From: an uncultured cyanobacterium
Lineage (GTDB): Bacteria > Cyanobacteriota > Cyanobacteriia > PCC-9006 > JAAUQQ01
NCBI GenBank assembly: GCA_963718615.1
Contig: OY970368.1
Location: 5,344,001 to 5,408,000 of the forward strand
Length of the DNA stretch: 64,000 bases
Direction: 5' to 3'
Part shown: piece by piece, positions 41,545-51,516 of the stretch
How the letters are laid out: each line of letters opens with the position of its first letter
How positions within the stretch are numbered: position 1 is the first letter of the stretch
Position numbers and translations under genes: made by a program
Notes under the pieces: generated by a model
Seen by the model: the letters and a program-made list of their open reading frames with translations, nothing else
Databases searched by the model: none
What the model was told of the DNA's origin: nothing

Positions 41545-42849
41545 ATGACCAAGATTACCCGCCGCCGCATCCTACAAACGGGTCTAGCAGCCGGAACCCT
41601 ATTAGCCGCGAAAGGCTGCGCTAGCAATCCTACTCCCGAAACTAGCACCAGCACAGGGCCAACGATCATTACCAATCAAATTAAGGATGTAACCCTGCGG
41701 TTTATTGGAACGGGCGTCGCTCAAACGAAGGGGATTAAGGAAAAAATCGAAGAGGATTTAGGCTTTAAGGTTGAAATGACGCCGTTGAGTACGGAGGAAA
41801 ATAACAAGAAAGCAATTACTCAAGCCAAGCAGTGGGATATTTTTGACGGCGAGTATTTTAGCTTACCCCTCGTCATTCCTTCCGGAAATTTGCAGGCCAT
41901 CGACATCAAGAAAATCAAGCAATTTGACAAGATTGTTCCGTTTTTTACAACGGGTAAATTTGAAGGCATGCCGGTAGAATCCTCCCAAGGAACTGCTCCC
42001 TATAAGGTCATGTATCTCAAGGGGGCTGATTCAGCTGAATTGGCCGCAGGCCAGACCGATTGGGCGACGCTATTGCCTTTTCAATACAATGCAGATACAT
42101 TAGGCTGGCGGCCCGAGCTAGTCGGAGCAGAAATCACCTCTTGGGCACAGCTCTTTGATCCAGCATTTAAGGGTAAAACCTCTATTTTGGATATTCCCTC
42201 TATTGGCATTATGGATGCTGCCATGGTGCTAGAAGCTGCGGGCTTAATGACCTTTGGTGATAAGGGTAATATGACAAAAGCCGAGCTTGATCAAGTTACA
42301 GAAATTCTCATTGGCAAGAAGAAGGAAGGACAATTTCGGGCCTTTTGGAAAACCTTTGATGAGTCGGTAAATTTGATGGCATCCGGCGAAGTTCTGTTAC
42401 AGTCCATGTGGTCTCCTGCCGTGACAGCGGTGCGAGCGCGGGGGTTGGATTGTCAATATGGTCCGTTGAAAGAGGGCTATCGAGGCTGGGGCGGTGGCGT
42501 AGGTCTATCCAAGAATCTATCGGGTATTGAGCTGGATGCTGCCTATGAATATCTCAATTGGATGATGGATGGCTGGCTTGGGGCATTTTTAGGACGCCAG
42601 GGTTATTACAGTGCTGCGCCAGAAAACTCCAGAAAATTTATGGAGCCCTACGAGTGGGATTATTGGTATGAAGGTAAGCCTGCGGCTCAAGACATTGTGG
42701 ATCCTTTCGGCACGAAGATCGCAGTAGCTGGAGCCGTACGGGACGGCGGAGCATTTAAGGAACGGGTCGGCAATATTGTCTGCTGGAACTCCGTTATGGA
42801 TGAGCAAACCTATCTAGTGCAAAAGTGGAATGAGTTCATTGCGGCTTAG
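41545..42849 (+). CDS. ABC substrate-binding lipoprotein (PotD/PotF-like, Tat signal)
   Basis: TRRRILQ, AKGC lipobox, YNADTLG, SMWSPAV, EGYRGW. Confidence 0.85.
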   Translation: MTKITRRRILQTGLAAGTLLAAKGCASNPTPETSTSTGPTIITNQIKDVTLRFIGTGVAQTKGIKEKIEEDLGFKVEMTPLSTEENNKKAITQAKQWDIFDGEYFSLPLVIPSGNLQAIDIKKIKQFDKIVPFFTTGKFEGMPVESSQGTAPYKVMYLKGADSAELAAGQTDWATLLPFQYNADTLGWRPELVGAEITSWAQLFDPAFKGKTSILDIPSIGIMDAAMVLEAAGLMTFGDKGNMTKAELDQVTEILIGKKKEGQFRAFWKTFDESVNLMASGEVLLQSMWSPAVTAVRARGLDCQYGPLKEGYRGWGGGVGLSKNLSGIELDAAYEYLNWMMDGWLGAFLGRQGYYSAAPENSRKFMEPYEWDYWYEGKPAAQDIVDPFGTKIAVAGAVRDGGAFKERVGNIVCWNSVMDEQTYLVQKWNEFIAA

Positions 42850-42857
42850 GAAGAATT

Positions 42858-43715
42858 ATGCCTAAACTGTCTGCGAAAATTCAGCCCTATTTGCTAACAG
42901 CACCACAATGGCTGGTGCTGTTGGTATTTTTAGTTGCACCGATCGCCTTAATCGTCATCGTTAGCTTCTGGCAGTTCAATGGCTATAGCATGACGCCAAG
43001 TTTTTCCTTTGATAACTATATCAGCATCTTCCAGTCAAAGGTTTATCTAGATACCTACCTCAATACGATTAAGTTTGTCGGATTAGTTTGGGGGTTTTGT
43101 CTACTCATTGCCTATCCCGTGGCGTATTTTTTAGCTTTTCATGTGTTCAGCCTAAAATGGCAAATCATCTGGTTTATGATCTGCACTATTCCTTTTTTTA
43201 CATCGAATATTATCCGCATGATTTCCTGGGTTCCCCTCCTAGGACGCGGTGGATTAGTCAATCAGATACTGCTCAAGCTGAATTTAATCCAAGCCCCCCT
43301 AGAACATCTTCTCTTTTCAGATTTTGCGGTGGTTTTAGCATTAGTGCATCTCTATGTTCTCTTTATGGTAGTCCCGATTTTTAATAGCCTTATGCGCATT
43401 GAGCGCAATCTCATTACCGCAGCCCTTGATCTGGGTGCATCAGGCGTTCAGGTTTTCCGGGAAGTCATTCTACCCCTTTCCCAGCCAGGTATTGCCATTG
43501 GCTCGATTTTTGTTGTGACCTTGGTGATGGGAGAATTTATCACGGTTCGCTGGATGGGAGGCGGACAGTCTTCCTCTGTGGGATATCTCATTAGCAATCA
43601 AATTGGTAGTCTTCAGTATCCCCTTGCATCAGCCAATGCGGTCATTCTTTTGATTGTAACGATTTTGTTTGTTGCGGGAATTTTAAGGGCAGTAGACATC
43701 CGTAAACAGCTCTAG
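42858..43715 (+). CDS. ABC permease (PotB-like)
   Basis: IAYPVAY, EAA-like loop LITAALDLGAS. Confidence 0.88.
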   Translation: MPKLSAKIQPYLLTAPQWLVLLVFLVAPIALIVIVSFWQFNGYSMTPSFSFDNYISIFQSKVYLDTYLNTIKFVGLVWGFCLLIAYPVAYFLAFHVFSLKWQIIWFMICTIPFFTSNIIRMISWVPLLGRGGLVNQILLKLNLIQAPLEHLLFSDFAVVLALVHLYVLFMVVPIFNSLMRIERNLITAALDLGASGVQVFREVILPLSQPGIAIGSIFVVTLVMGEFITVRWMGGGQSSSVGYLISNQIGSLQYPLASANAVILLIVTILFVAGILRAVDIRKQL

Positions 43716-43739
43716 AGCTTTGATTTTGCTGTTATCACT

Positions 43740-44552
43740 ATGAACTCGAACAAATCACTTTCAGCTTCCCTGTTAACGGCCTTTTTTAGCCTTTTTGTTT
43801 TGTTTCTCTACGGCCCTATTTTTGCCATTTTTATTCTATCGCTTCAGGGGCCACAGGGTTCGCTCATGTTTCCTATGCGAGGCTTTGGATTTGGCTGGAT
43901 TGCAGGGGTGTTTGAAGAACAGTTGGTGGGCAATTTTTTCGAGCCCTTTGGGCGATCGCTCCTCTTGGGCCTGATGGTCATGGTCTTCACCGTTATGATT
44001 AGTTTAAGTGCAGGTCTTGCCTTCCGAAAGCCCTTTTGGGGAGCCACACCGTTGTTTTATCTGACCATTGCCAGCCTCATTGTTCCCAGCATTTTGGTCT
44101 CCCTGGGGATTGGCCTTTTGTTTGAATTATCGGGTCTTGAAATTCAGTGGTATTCCTCTGCTTTAGCAGGCCATTTGACCTGGACATTACCGTTTGCCTT
44201 TTTAATTATTTTGGGGGTCTTCAATCGCTTTAATCCCACCTACGAAGAAGCGGCAGAGGATTTAGGGGCGAGTCGTTTTGCCGCTTTTCGCGAAATCGTG
44301 CTGCCACTGATTTTTCCAAGCCTGATTGGTGTGGCGATCTTGAGTTTTACATTGTCCTACGATGAGTTTACGCGAACCTCGTTGATTTCTGGGGAGCAGA
44401 ATACGTTGCCCTTGGAAATCTTTGGGATGACGACGAATGTCACGAATCCGAGCTTGTATGCATTGGGGACGGTGACGACGGTGTTTTCGTTTGTGATGGT
44501 GGGGGTGGCGATCGCTTCATTTCAGTTTCTTTCTGGGCGGCAGCAACGTTAG
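43740..44552 (+). CDS. ABC permease (PotC-like)
   Basis: YEEAAEDLGAS, LSYDEF, NTLPLEI. Confidence 0.88.
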   Translation: MNSNKSLSASLLTAFFSLFVLFLYGPIFAIFILSLQGPQGSLMFPMRGFGFGWIAGVFEEQLVGNFFEPFGRSLLLGLMVMVFTVMISLSAGLAFRKPFWGATPLFYLTIASLIVPSILVSLGIGLLFELSGLEIQWYSSALAGHLTWTLPFAFLIILGVFNRFNPTYEEAAEDLGASRFAAFREIVLPLIFPSLIGVAILSFTLSYDEFTRTSLISGEQNTLPLEIFGMTTNVTNPSLYALGTVTTVFSFVMVGVAIASFQFLSGRQQR

Positions 44553-44729
44553 TCAGGGATTCGCCTTGGGCTGAAGGGAGGGGGAGCTGTTGAGTCAGCT
44601 AATTAAGCGACAGCAGATCTAGCGGTCTAGGGCCTCGATCTAACGATGGCGATGGGTAAGCATGTCTAGATAGGGGTTGCTTGTCTATATACTGGGAGCA
44701 GCCGGATCCTTTCAATTGCCAGTGTGGCC

Positions 44730-45821
44730 ATGTCCGAATCTAAGCACTCATCTTCATTCCGCCCTCCCGTTGAAAAGATTTCTGACGACGAAGCACAGGC
44801 TTTGTTGTTACAACTCCGTCGCAAGGAGGGCGGTTGGATTGCCTGGGGCCAAGCCTGCGAGCGACTGCAAAAATCGGGCTATAGCTCCCTTGTGATCTTT
44901 GAAGAGACCGGCTTTGAAGCGGTGCATCAGCTTCAGGTGAGCGTTGGGTTGAAGGTCTATGATTCTCTCGTCGAAGGGCAAGCCCCGGCGGCGGTCCTGG
45001 AGCACTATCATCGCAAGGGAAGTGATATTCTCTACGAATTGCGTCAGCTCGGCCAAGAAAACCGCATTAAGGCCGCCCAGTTTTGTCTAGAGCGCAACTT
45101 GGATATGGATGAAGCCCGCGCCTTGGCAAAGGATTTTCGAGAGATGCAGTGGCTCAAGGAGCAAACGCCGGGATTTGACAACGAGCCTGGGGATGCGGTG
45201 GCTTATTTTTGTTGGAAACGGGCTAGGGAGCGAAAAGATTTGCAGGAGCGATCGCGTCTCATCGCCCAGGGTCTACGCTATGCCCAATCCGCCAGTGCCC
45301 GCGCCCGACTGGAAGAACTCTTAACAGACTTTACCCTGGTCTCCGTAAAATCCGCACCCCTACCTCCGATTTATCGCCTAGAAACCGAAGAGGACTTGCC
45401 CCGTCTAATCCCTGTGGCCGGAGCGCTGCCGATGACGCAAACTGAATTGGAGGCTGTGCCGGATTGGGAAGAAAGCGGTGCATTTCGGGTGGTTCGGGCC
45501 GAATCGCCCATCAGTTGGGTGGCCCTCCCCGGCTGGCAACGGGTGTTAGGGGCCAAACAGCCCGTCGCCATCTACGCCCAGGGTGAACAGGTGCCCAATC
45601 TCCCCAATGAGATCCAGGAAACCGTGCTGCTGGTGATTGACCGGGCGGCCACGACCTGGGATGACAATAGCTATTTTCTGATGGACCAAGAGGGCTCCTT
45701 AGGGGTTCGCTGGTTTGCTGAAGCGCCGACCCAGCCGATTCTCGGACAGGTGGTGGTGGTGGTTCGACCCAGACGAATTTTAGATGAAAGCCTGATTACA
45801 ACGCCTTGGCAGTTGGAATAA
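44730..45821 (+). CDS. raf1: RuBisCO accumulation factor 1
   Basis: LRRKEG.W..WG, IFEETGFE, P..PIYRLE, WVALPGW, RPRRILDE....PWQLE. Confidence 0.9.
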   Translation: MSESKHSSSFRPPVEKISDDEAQALLLQLRRKEGGWIAWGQACERLQKSGYSSLVIFEETGFEAVHQLQVSVGLKVYDSLVEGQAPAAVLEHYHRKGSDILYELRQLGQENRIKAAQFCLERNLDMDEARALAKDFREMQWLKEQTPGFDNEPGDAVAYFCWKRARERKDLQERSRLIAQGLRYAQSASARARLEELLTDFTLVSVKSAPLPPIYRLETEEDLPRLIPVAGALPMTQTELEAVPDWEESGAFRVVRAESPISWVALPGWQRVLGAKQPVAIYAQGEQVPNLPNEIQETVLLVIDRAATTWDDNSYFLMDQEGSLGVRWFAEAPTQPILGQVVVVVRPRRILDESLITTPWQLE

Positions 45822-45976
45822 TTTGGATTGAAAGCGTCAAGGGAAGCGCAAAAGGCTCACGGGTGCTCGCTGGTATAGCTCCGTCGCCATAGCTACTACG
45901 CTTTGGTTCAGAGAAAAATACGCGGGGAATCCTGAGTCCATAACTGGGGAAACCTACTGACTCGGATATCTACGGA

Positions 45977-46993
45977 ATGTTAAGCCCTTCCTCACCCTTG
46001 CCCCCGACCCAACGCACTTGGCGTGTGTTGATTGCTGATGACGATCGCCTCACGCGGATTATGTTGCGGCGGACGTTGGAGCAGGAGGGCTGTCAGGTCC
46101 TAGAAGCCCAGGATGGCGAGCTTTGCATCCAGCAATTTTTGACCTGTGCGCCTGATTTGGTGCTGCTCGATGCCATGATGCCCAAGCTGGATGGCTTTCA
46201 GTGTTGTGCGCAAATTTTGGCCCAGCCCAATACGGAGCATGTGCCGGTCTTGATGATTACGGGGCTCAACGATAAAAATTCTGTCGATCGCGCCTTTGAT
46301 GCAGGAGCGACGGATTTTATTACGAAGCCGATCCATTGGGCGGTGTTGCGGCGACGGGTCCGGTTGCTGCTGGAAAAGGCCCAGCTTCAGCTCGAACTCA
46401 AGGCGGCTAATCGTCAGCTTCAAAAGCTGGTCATGACGGATCCGCTCACCCATTTGGCCAATCGCAGACAGTTCGATGAAGTCTTGGCCAATGAGTGGCG
46501 GCGTGCCTCTCGGGAGGCGACGCCGATATCGTTGGTGATGTGTGATATCGATAGTTTTAAGCCCTATAACGATCACTATGGTCATCCCCAGGGCGATCGC
46601 TGTCTTCAGGCGGTGGCCCAGGTGTTTCGGGACAATATTCGTCGAGCAGGGGATTTGATTGCTCGCTATGGGGGAGAAGAATTCGCCATTATCCTGCCAA
46701 ACACGCGCACGGAAGGCGCACGTCATGTGGCGGAGCGGGTTCGGCGGGGGATTATGCAGCTCAATTTACCCCATTCCTATTCGCGGGCCGATAGCGAGCG
46801 GGTCACCCTCAGTCTGGGGATTGCCACGCTCTATAGCCGTTGCGATTTATCGACCTCGTTTCTCGTGAAACTGGCGGATGAGGCCTTGTATCAAGCTAAA
46901 GCGGCGGGTGGTAATTGCTGTCGGATCCACCAGGTTTGGTCCGTGCCTGAGGATGCGTCAGAAAGCTTTATCCAACCGCTGCCCCAAGGATGA
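45977..46993 (+). CDS. Response regulator diguanylate cyclase (REC-GGDEF)
   Basis: REC N-terminus; DIDSFKPYND, RAGD I-site, RYGGEEF. Confidence 0.92.
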   Translation: MLSPSSPLPPTQRTWRVLIADDDRLTRIMLRRTLEQEGCQVLEAQDGELCIQQFLTCAPDLVLLDAMMPKLDGFQCCAQILAQPNTEHVPVLMITGLNDKNSVDRAFDAGATDFITKPIHWAVLRRRVRLLLEKAQLQLELKAANRQLQKLVMTDPLTHLANRRQFDEVLANEWRRASREATPISLVMCDIDSFKPYNDHYGHPQGDRCLQAVAQVFRDNIRRAGDLIARYGGEEFAIILPNTRTEGARHVAERVRRGIMQLNLPHSYSRADSERVTLSLGIATLYSRCDLSTSFLVKLADEALYQAKAAGGNCCRIHQVWSVPEDASESFIQPLPQG

Positions 46994-47046
46994 CGGTTCA
47001 CTTCACTCGGCGAATTGATCAGCGAATTTAAAGGAGATTTAACCCA

Positions 47047-47478
47047 ATGGCTTCAACCATGGAGTGCTTCCAGGATGTCTATCGTTTGTCCTCACCCCTG
47101 GGGGAACAAGCCCCCAGGGCTTTGCCGATTCTTGATCCCGAGCAACTCATGGAGAGCCTCATGGCGGTGGGGGATGACCTTCAGGAGTCGCTTGATCTCC
47201 TGCGGACCACCTATTTGGAAGATGTGCCCCATTTATTGGACATGCTGACTCAGGCTGCGGAACGGTCGGATTTTGACAAGCTACGATTTGCGGCCCATAC
47301 GCTCAAGTCCAGCAGTGCGCTCATGGGGGCTACGTCGCTCTCGGAGATCTGTCGTCAGCTCGAAGAACAGGCCCGCACCCAGAGTGATTGCGATCTGGCT
47401 CTCCAGGTGGAGCGTACCCTAGATCTCTATGAGCAAACGGTATCTGCGCTGTTGGCCTATTCTGCCGCCGCTAGCTGA
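47047..47478 (+). CDS. Hpt phosphotransfer protein
   Basis: AAHTLKSSSALMGA motif. Confidence 0.88.
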   Translation: MASTMECFQDVYRLSSPLGEQAPRALPILDPEQLMESLMAVGDDLQESLDLLRTTYLEDVPHLLDMLTQAAERSDFDKLRFAAHTLKSSSALMGATSLSEICRQLEEQARTQSDCDLALQVERTLDLYEQTVSALLAYSAAAS

Positions 47479-49706
47479 GCCAAGGGCAGCAGGGGGCCTA
47501 GCTGGGGTTGACCATTGGTGGCGAGCTCGCTGACGCAGACATAGATCCGCGCTGTTCCATGGCCGAGCAAATCCCGTAAGCCATGCTCAAGGCGGGTTTC
47601 TGCGATTTGAAGATTGCGGGCTAAGCCCTGCTGCTTGACTGCGGCGAGGTCGGCGAGGGCCTCCTGAATGAACAAATTGGCTCCAAACAAACTCGTACCG
47701 CTGCTGGTTAGCCAGAGGGGGGAGCCTGCGTCTAGCCAAAATTGCCAGCGGTGGGTGCAGCGATTGATCCGATACTGAAACAGTGTGGCTAGGGTCACGG
47801 CTTGGGCCTGGGAGGCCAGCGGTTGGGCCGGGTAGGGGTTGGCGGTGATCGTGCCGCTGCGGAGGAGTCGGATAAACCGTTCGATAGCATTCCCTTCGGA
47901 GTTGGACTCCTCAGGCGTGAGGCGGCCTTCTACCTCCCAATAGTGCTGGGCTGCTTCCAGAAGCTCCCGCAGGGCCGCGATCTGATCATAGGCAAGGGCA
48001 CTGCCGTTCCAGAGAAAGGTTTGGATGGCGCGATCGAGAACGACCAGGGGATTGGGGGTGAGGCGCTGCGATCGCTGCAGCTTTTGAACCTCCAGCCATT
48101 GCAGAATCTGTTCATAGACCGCCGTTGCTTCGTAGCCTAGCCGATCCCAACGGGGAAAGGCCTGAACAGGCAGGAGTCGAGGCTCGTCGGGATGGGGAAC
48201 ATAGCAGTGATCCGCCAACAGGCCAGCCCGCACGGCATCGATGCGGGGGCGACTGCGTAGGGGGGCGTGGGCTGAATTCGGAGGGGCGTCTGGTCCTGGG
48301 GTGGGGTCTTCATCCAGGGGATGGCGATCGGGGGTGAGGCTCAAGACCACTAGCATTTCGGCCACCTGATCCAGCTCCAGTAGTCGGCCCAACCCCGGAT
48401 AGACAAAGGCTAGCAGCGTCAGCAACGCCCGCACCATGGGCGAACTGTAAAGGGGCCGCTGCTCGGTCAAGGGTTCTAGACGAATTTGCTGCTTGCCGAG
48501 GATTTCCATCAATGTGTAGCGGGCGATCGCATCCACCCCCGGCCCGACGATGGCAATTTCTTCTGGCTGCACCACACCGGACTGAACGGCGGTGATGATT
48601 TCCTCGGCGACGGCCCGCAGGAGTTGCGATCGCGAAATCGTCTGCACTGCCCGAAACGGCCCCTCGGCACTGCTGATCTGTTGCAAAATCTCGCTCCTGA
48701 TTTCCCCGTCGGTTCCCCACCCGGTTGGGACAACCGTTCCCATCTCCGTTTGGTCTCTGACGAGCCCGACCACCGTATCACCGTAGCGCTGGGCCAAACT
48801 ATCAGGATTGGGCTCCAAAGATTCCACCGTGCAGCGCTGGGCCAACTGCGCCAGCGCCTGGGGGTCAGCCCCAAATCCTAGGCGGACACCGCCCTCCGGT
48901 TGATAGGTAAAGAGACAGGGGGCCTGCTGATCGAGGAACAGGGAAAAGAGGGATTGGGCGATCGCCGGATACTCATCCACATCATCGGCCAAAATCCCTT
49001 CATAACGCTGGGTGAGCTGAGCCTGATAGACCGGATCCGGCAGCAGCGACTGCCCATAGAGCTCGGTCAAGAGTCCATAGGTCAACAGCCCCCGCTCCAA
49101 ACACCAGGCCCGCCAATCCACCAGCGCCTCGCCCATGGCGGTCCAGAGCTCCGCTGACCCCAGGGAACTGGCCATGCCTGCCTGCAAGACTGCGCCAATT
49201 TCCGCAACGGGCGTACCGCTAGAAGCCGCCAACAAATACAAATCCAGCACCCGCCGCACCACCCGCCATTCGCTGACCCCCTCCTGCTTCAGCGGTCCCT
49301 CGGTCAATAGCCGCTGCCACAGCCGAGTCGCCAGCTCCTGCTCGGTTTCAGGCCGCAGCCGCAGCGGAAACCGGGGACGTAGCCCCAGCTTTTTCACCAG
49401 CAGCGGCCAAAACAGCGTCACTTCCCCCTCAAAAAACGCCAGCGGCGTTGTTGTCTGGATCGGATAGCGCCCCCCGGTTGCCTCGGTCACCCGTTCCATC
49501 AGCGCCATGCGGTTATCGCCCGTCGCCGCAAACAGTAGCAGACTAGGCCCCTGCCGCAGACCATCGCCCGAGCCCCGCTCCATCCAAGCCTGAAATTGGG
49601 CCATTAGCCTTGTGGTTTTGCCACTTTGAGCCGCACCTACAATCCAGTATTGCTCTGTCAGGCTCGGCTCAGGGTCTGACTTAGATCGTATTACGTTGGT
49701 TGTCAA
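47457..49706 (-). CDS. Conserved cyanobacterial UvrD/SF1 helicase-like protein
   Basis: GAAQSGKTT Walker A, ILADDVDEY, EEIAIVGP. Confidence 0.7.
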   Translation of the reverse strand: MTTNVIRSKSDPEPSLTEQYWIVGAAQSGKTTRLMAQFQAWMERGSGDGLRQGPSLLLFAATGDNRMALMERVTEATGGRYPIQTTTPLAFFEGEVTLFWPLLVKKLGLRPRFPLRLRPETEQELATRLWQRLLTEGPLKQEGVSEWRVVRRVLDLYLLAASSGTPVAEIGAVLQAGMASSLGSAELWTAMGEALVDWRAWCLERGLLTYGLLTELYGQSLLPDPVYQAQLTQRYEGILADDVDEYPAIAQSLFSLFLDQQAPCLFTYQPEGGVRLGFGADPQALAQLAQRCTVESLEPNPDSLAQRYGDTVVGLVRDQTEMGTVVPTGWGTDGEIRSEILQQISSAEGPFRAVQTISRSQLLRAVAEEIITAVQSGVVQPEEIAIVGPGVDAIARYTLMEILGKQQIRLEPLTEQRPLYSSPMVRALLTLLAFVYPGLGRLLELDQVAEMLVVLSLTPDRHPLDEDPTPGPDAPPNSAHAPLRSRPRIDAVRAGLLADHCYVPHPDEPRLLPVQAFPRWDRLGYEATAVYEQILQWLEVQKLQRSQRLTPNPLVVLDRAIQTFLWNGSALAYDQIAALRELLEAAQHYWEVEGRLTPEESNSEGNAIERFIRLLRSGTITANPYPAQPLASQAQAVTLATLFQYRINRCTHRWQFWLDAGSPLWLTSSGTSLFGANLFIQEALADLAAVKQQGLARNLQIAETRLEHGLRDLLGHGTARIYVCVSELATNGQPQLGPLLPLAQLAAAE

Positions 49707-49872
49707 AGTCGCTCCTCAAACGCTGTTTCCAGCTACTGTTCGGTCTACTCTTTGGGCCACTGATTGATCCGTTACCCTCTTTTCAGCTTAAGCCAATCCA
49801 AAGATCTAAGCCTCCCCTGCAAATCTCCCTCAAAGCTACGATAGGCTGACGTTAGGTTCTCTACGCTGCCCC

Positions 49873-51291
49873 ATGAACTTGTCCGTTTTTGATACCGTCC
49901 GACGCTCCTTTCGTGGCTTAAACCGATGGGTGAATAAGACCCCCTACCGGGCATTAGAGCAGGCCTACGAAGAAATTCTAAAGATTAAGGCGATCGAAGA
50001 CGAGCATTTCGATGGCCAAACCATTGTTCCGGGCCTCAAAGATTACAGCGAAAACGTCTACCAATATTTTCGTGCCCAGGCCAATCAGCATCTGCGGGTA
50101 GCCAAGGTGCGGCTGACCGAATTTCGCACCAGCCAGAACTTTCTACGGCTGACCAATCCGGAGGCCTTTGGCTTTGATGCCCGGACGCCGCCGGATCGAG
50201 AGGCGTTGGATCCCGATGGGGTGATGCTCGAAAAGCTGCGGTTTGTGGATGAGGCGATCGCCCGCTACAGCCCCTATCGCGAGATCTCCAAATCCCTCGT
50301 CCCCCTGGATTCTCCCAACGTGCCCCCCCTTAACCCCAAGGCCAACGCCCTGGCTGGGGGAGAAGCCCTTACCCCCGTCCCCAGTCGCAATTCCTCCCGT
50401 AATGCTCAGCGCAATTCCCTCCGTTCCCCTCGGTCTACCGCCATGGCTTCAGACAATCCTCCGCCCTCCACGCCTCGGCGCACCGAACGGGTTGCAAGCC
50501 AAACCAGCTTTGTCCCTCGCTCGATTTTAGGCACGTTCGATCGCCTGCGTCGGGATCTGGATCCGGCGGCAGAACAGGAAGTGGTACAGGATTTTCGACT
50601 CTCGCGGGCCAAAACAGCCCTGGCAGCTCGCTTTTTGCTGATTTTGGTCATTGTGCCGCTGCTCACCCACCATCTCTCGAAAACCTTCGTGGTGGGGCCG
50701 TTGGTTGAGCGCTTTCATGCGGAGCAGCCCGTCGACGCGGCCCTGAGTCCCCATCTGGAGGAGGAAGCCCTAGAGGAACTAGGTCGCTACCGCGAGCATT
50801 TAGAGTTTTTGGTTCTAACCCATGAGCTGCCTCGACTGAGTCCAGAGGACTTGGATGAGCGGATGGAGGTTAAGGCAGCATCGCTCTTTGAAGAGTTTCG
50901 GGGGCGCGCGACCGATGCGATTAAGAATGTGTTTGCGGATTTTTTGGCGGCGATCGCCTTCGCCATTATTCTACTGATCAGCAAGCCCGAAATTGCTATC
51001 CTCAAATCCTTTATGGATGAATTAATTTATGGATTAAGCGATAGCGCCAAAGCCTTTATCATCATTTTGTTTACGGATATTTTCGTCGGATTCCACTCAC
51101 CCCACGGCTGGGAGGTGATTTTGGAAGGCGTTGCTCGACATTTTGGTCTACCTGAAAGTCGCGAATTTATTTTCCTTTTTATTGCAACGTTTCCAGTGAT
51201 TTTAGATACGGTCTTTAAGTATTGGATTTTCCGCTATCTCAACCGTATTTCGCCTTCTGCGGTGGCCACCTATCGCAATATGAATGAATAG
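49873..51291 (+). CDS. pxcA: Proton extrusion protein (CemA family)
   Basis: SDSAKAFIIILFTDIFVGFHSPHGWE, DTVFKYWIFRYLNRISPSAVATY. Confidence 0.93.
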   Translation: MNLSVFDTVRRSFRGLNRWVNKTPYRALEQAYEEILKIKAIEDEHFDGQTIVPGLKDYSENVYQYFRAQANQHLRVAKVRLTEFRTSQNFLRLTNPEAFGFDARTPPDREALDPDGVMLEKLRFVDEAIARYSPYREISKSLVPLDSPNVPPLNPKANALAGGEALTPVPSRNSSRNAQRNSLRSPRSTAMASDNPPPSTPRRTERVASQTSFVPRSILGTFDRLRRDLDPAAEQEVVQDFRLSRAKTALAARFLLILVIVPLLTHHLSKTFVVGPLVERFHAEQPVDAALSPHLEEEALEELGRYREHLEFLVLTHELPRLSPEDLDERMEVKAASLFEEFRGRATDAIKNVFADFLAAIAFAIILLISKPEIAILKSFMDELIYGLSDSAKAFIIILFTDIFVGFHSPHGWEVILEGVARHFGLPESREFIFLFIATFPVILDTVFKYWIFRYLNRISPSAVATYRNMNE

Positions 51292-51318
51292 CTTGTAGCT
51301 ATTGAGATTCGCGCTTTG

Positions 51319-51351
51319 AATTCCTCACTGAGTCATGGGTGAGGAATTTTT
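51319..51351 (+). terminator. Intrinsic terminator after pxcA
   Basis: AATTCCTCAC...GTGAGGAATT followed by TTT. Confidence 0.65.
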
Positions 51352-51516
51352 GATCAGTAACAAATCGCTAAGAAATTCATTTTTTTGCAAGATCAAAATG
51401 GCTTTGTCTAGGCTGATCCAGTATCATAAGCAGACTGGGAAAAAAGAGTCTTAATGTCCGCAAGCTTTACAATGCCCGCAGATTTTTAATGCCTGTTTAC
51501 AAGCGAGGAGGTCGAT

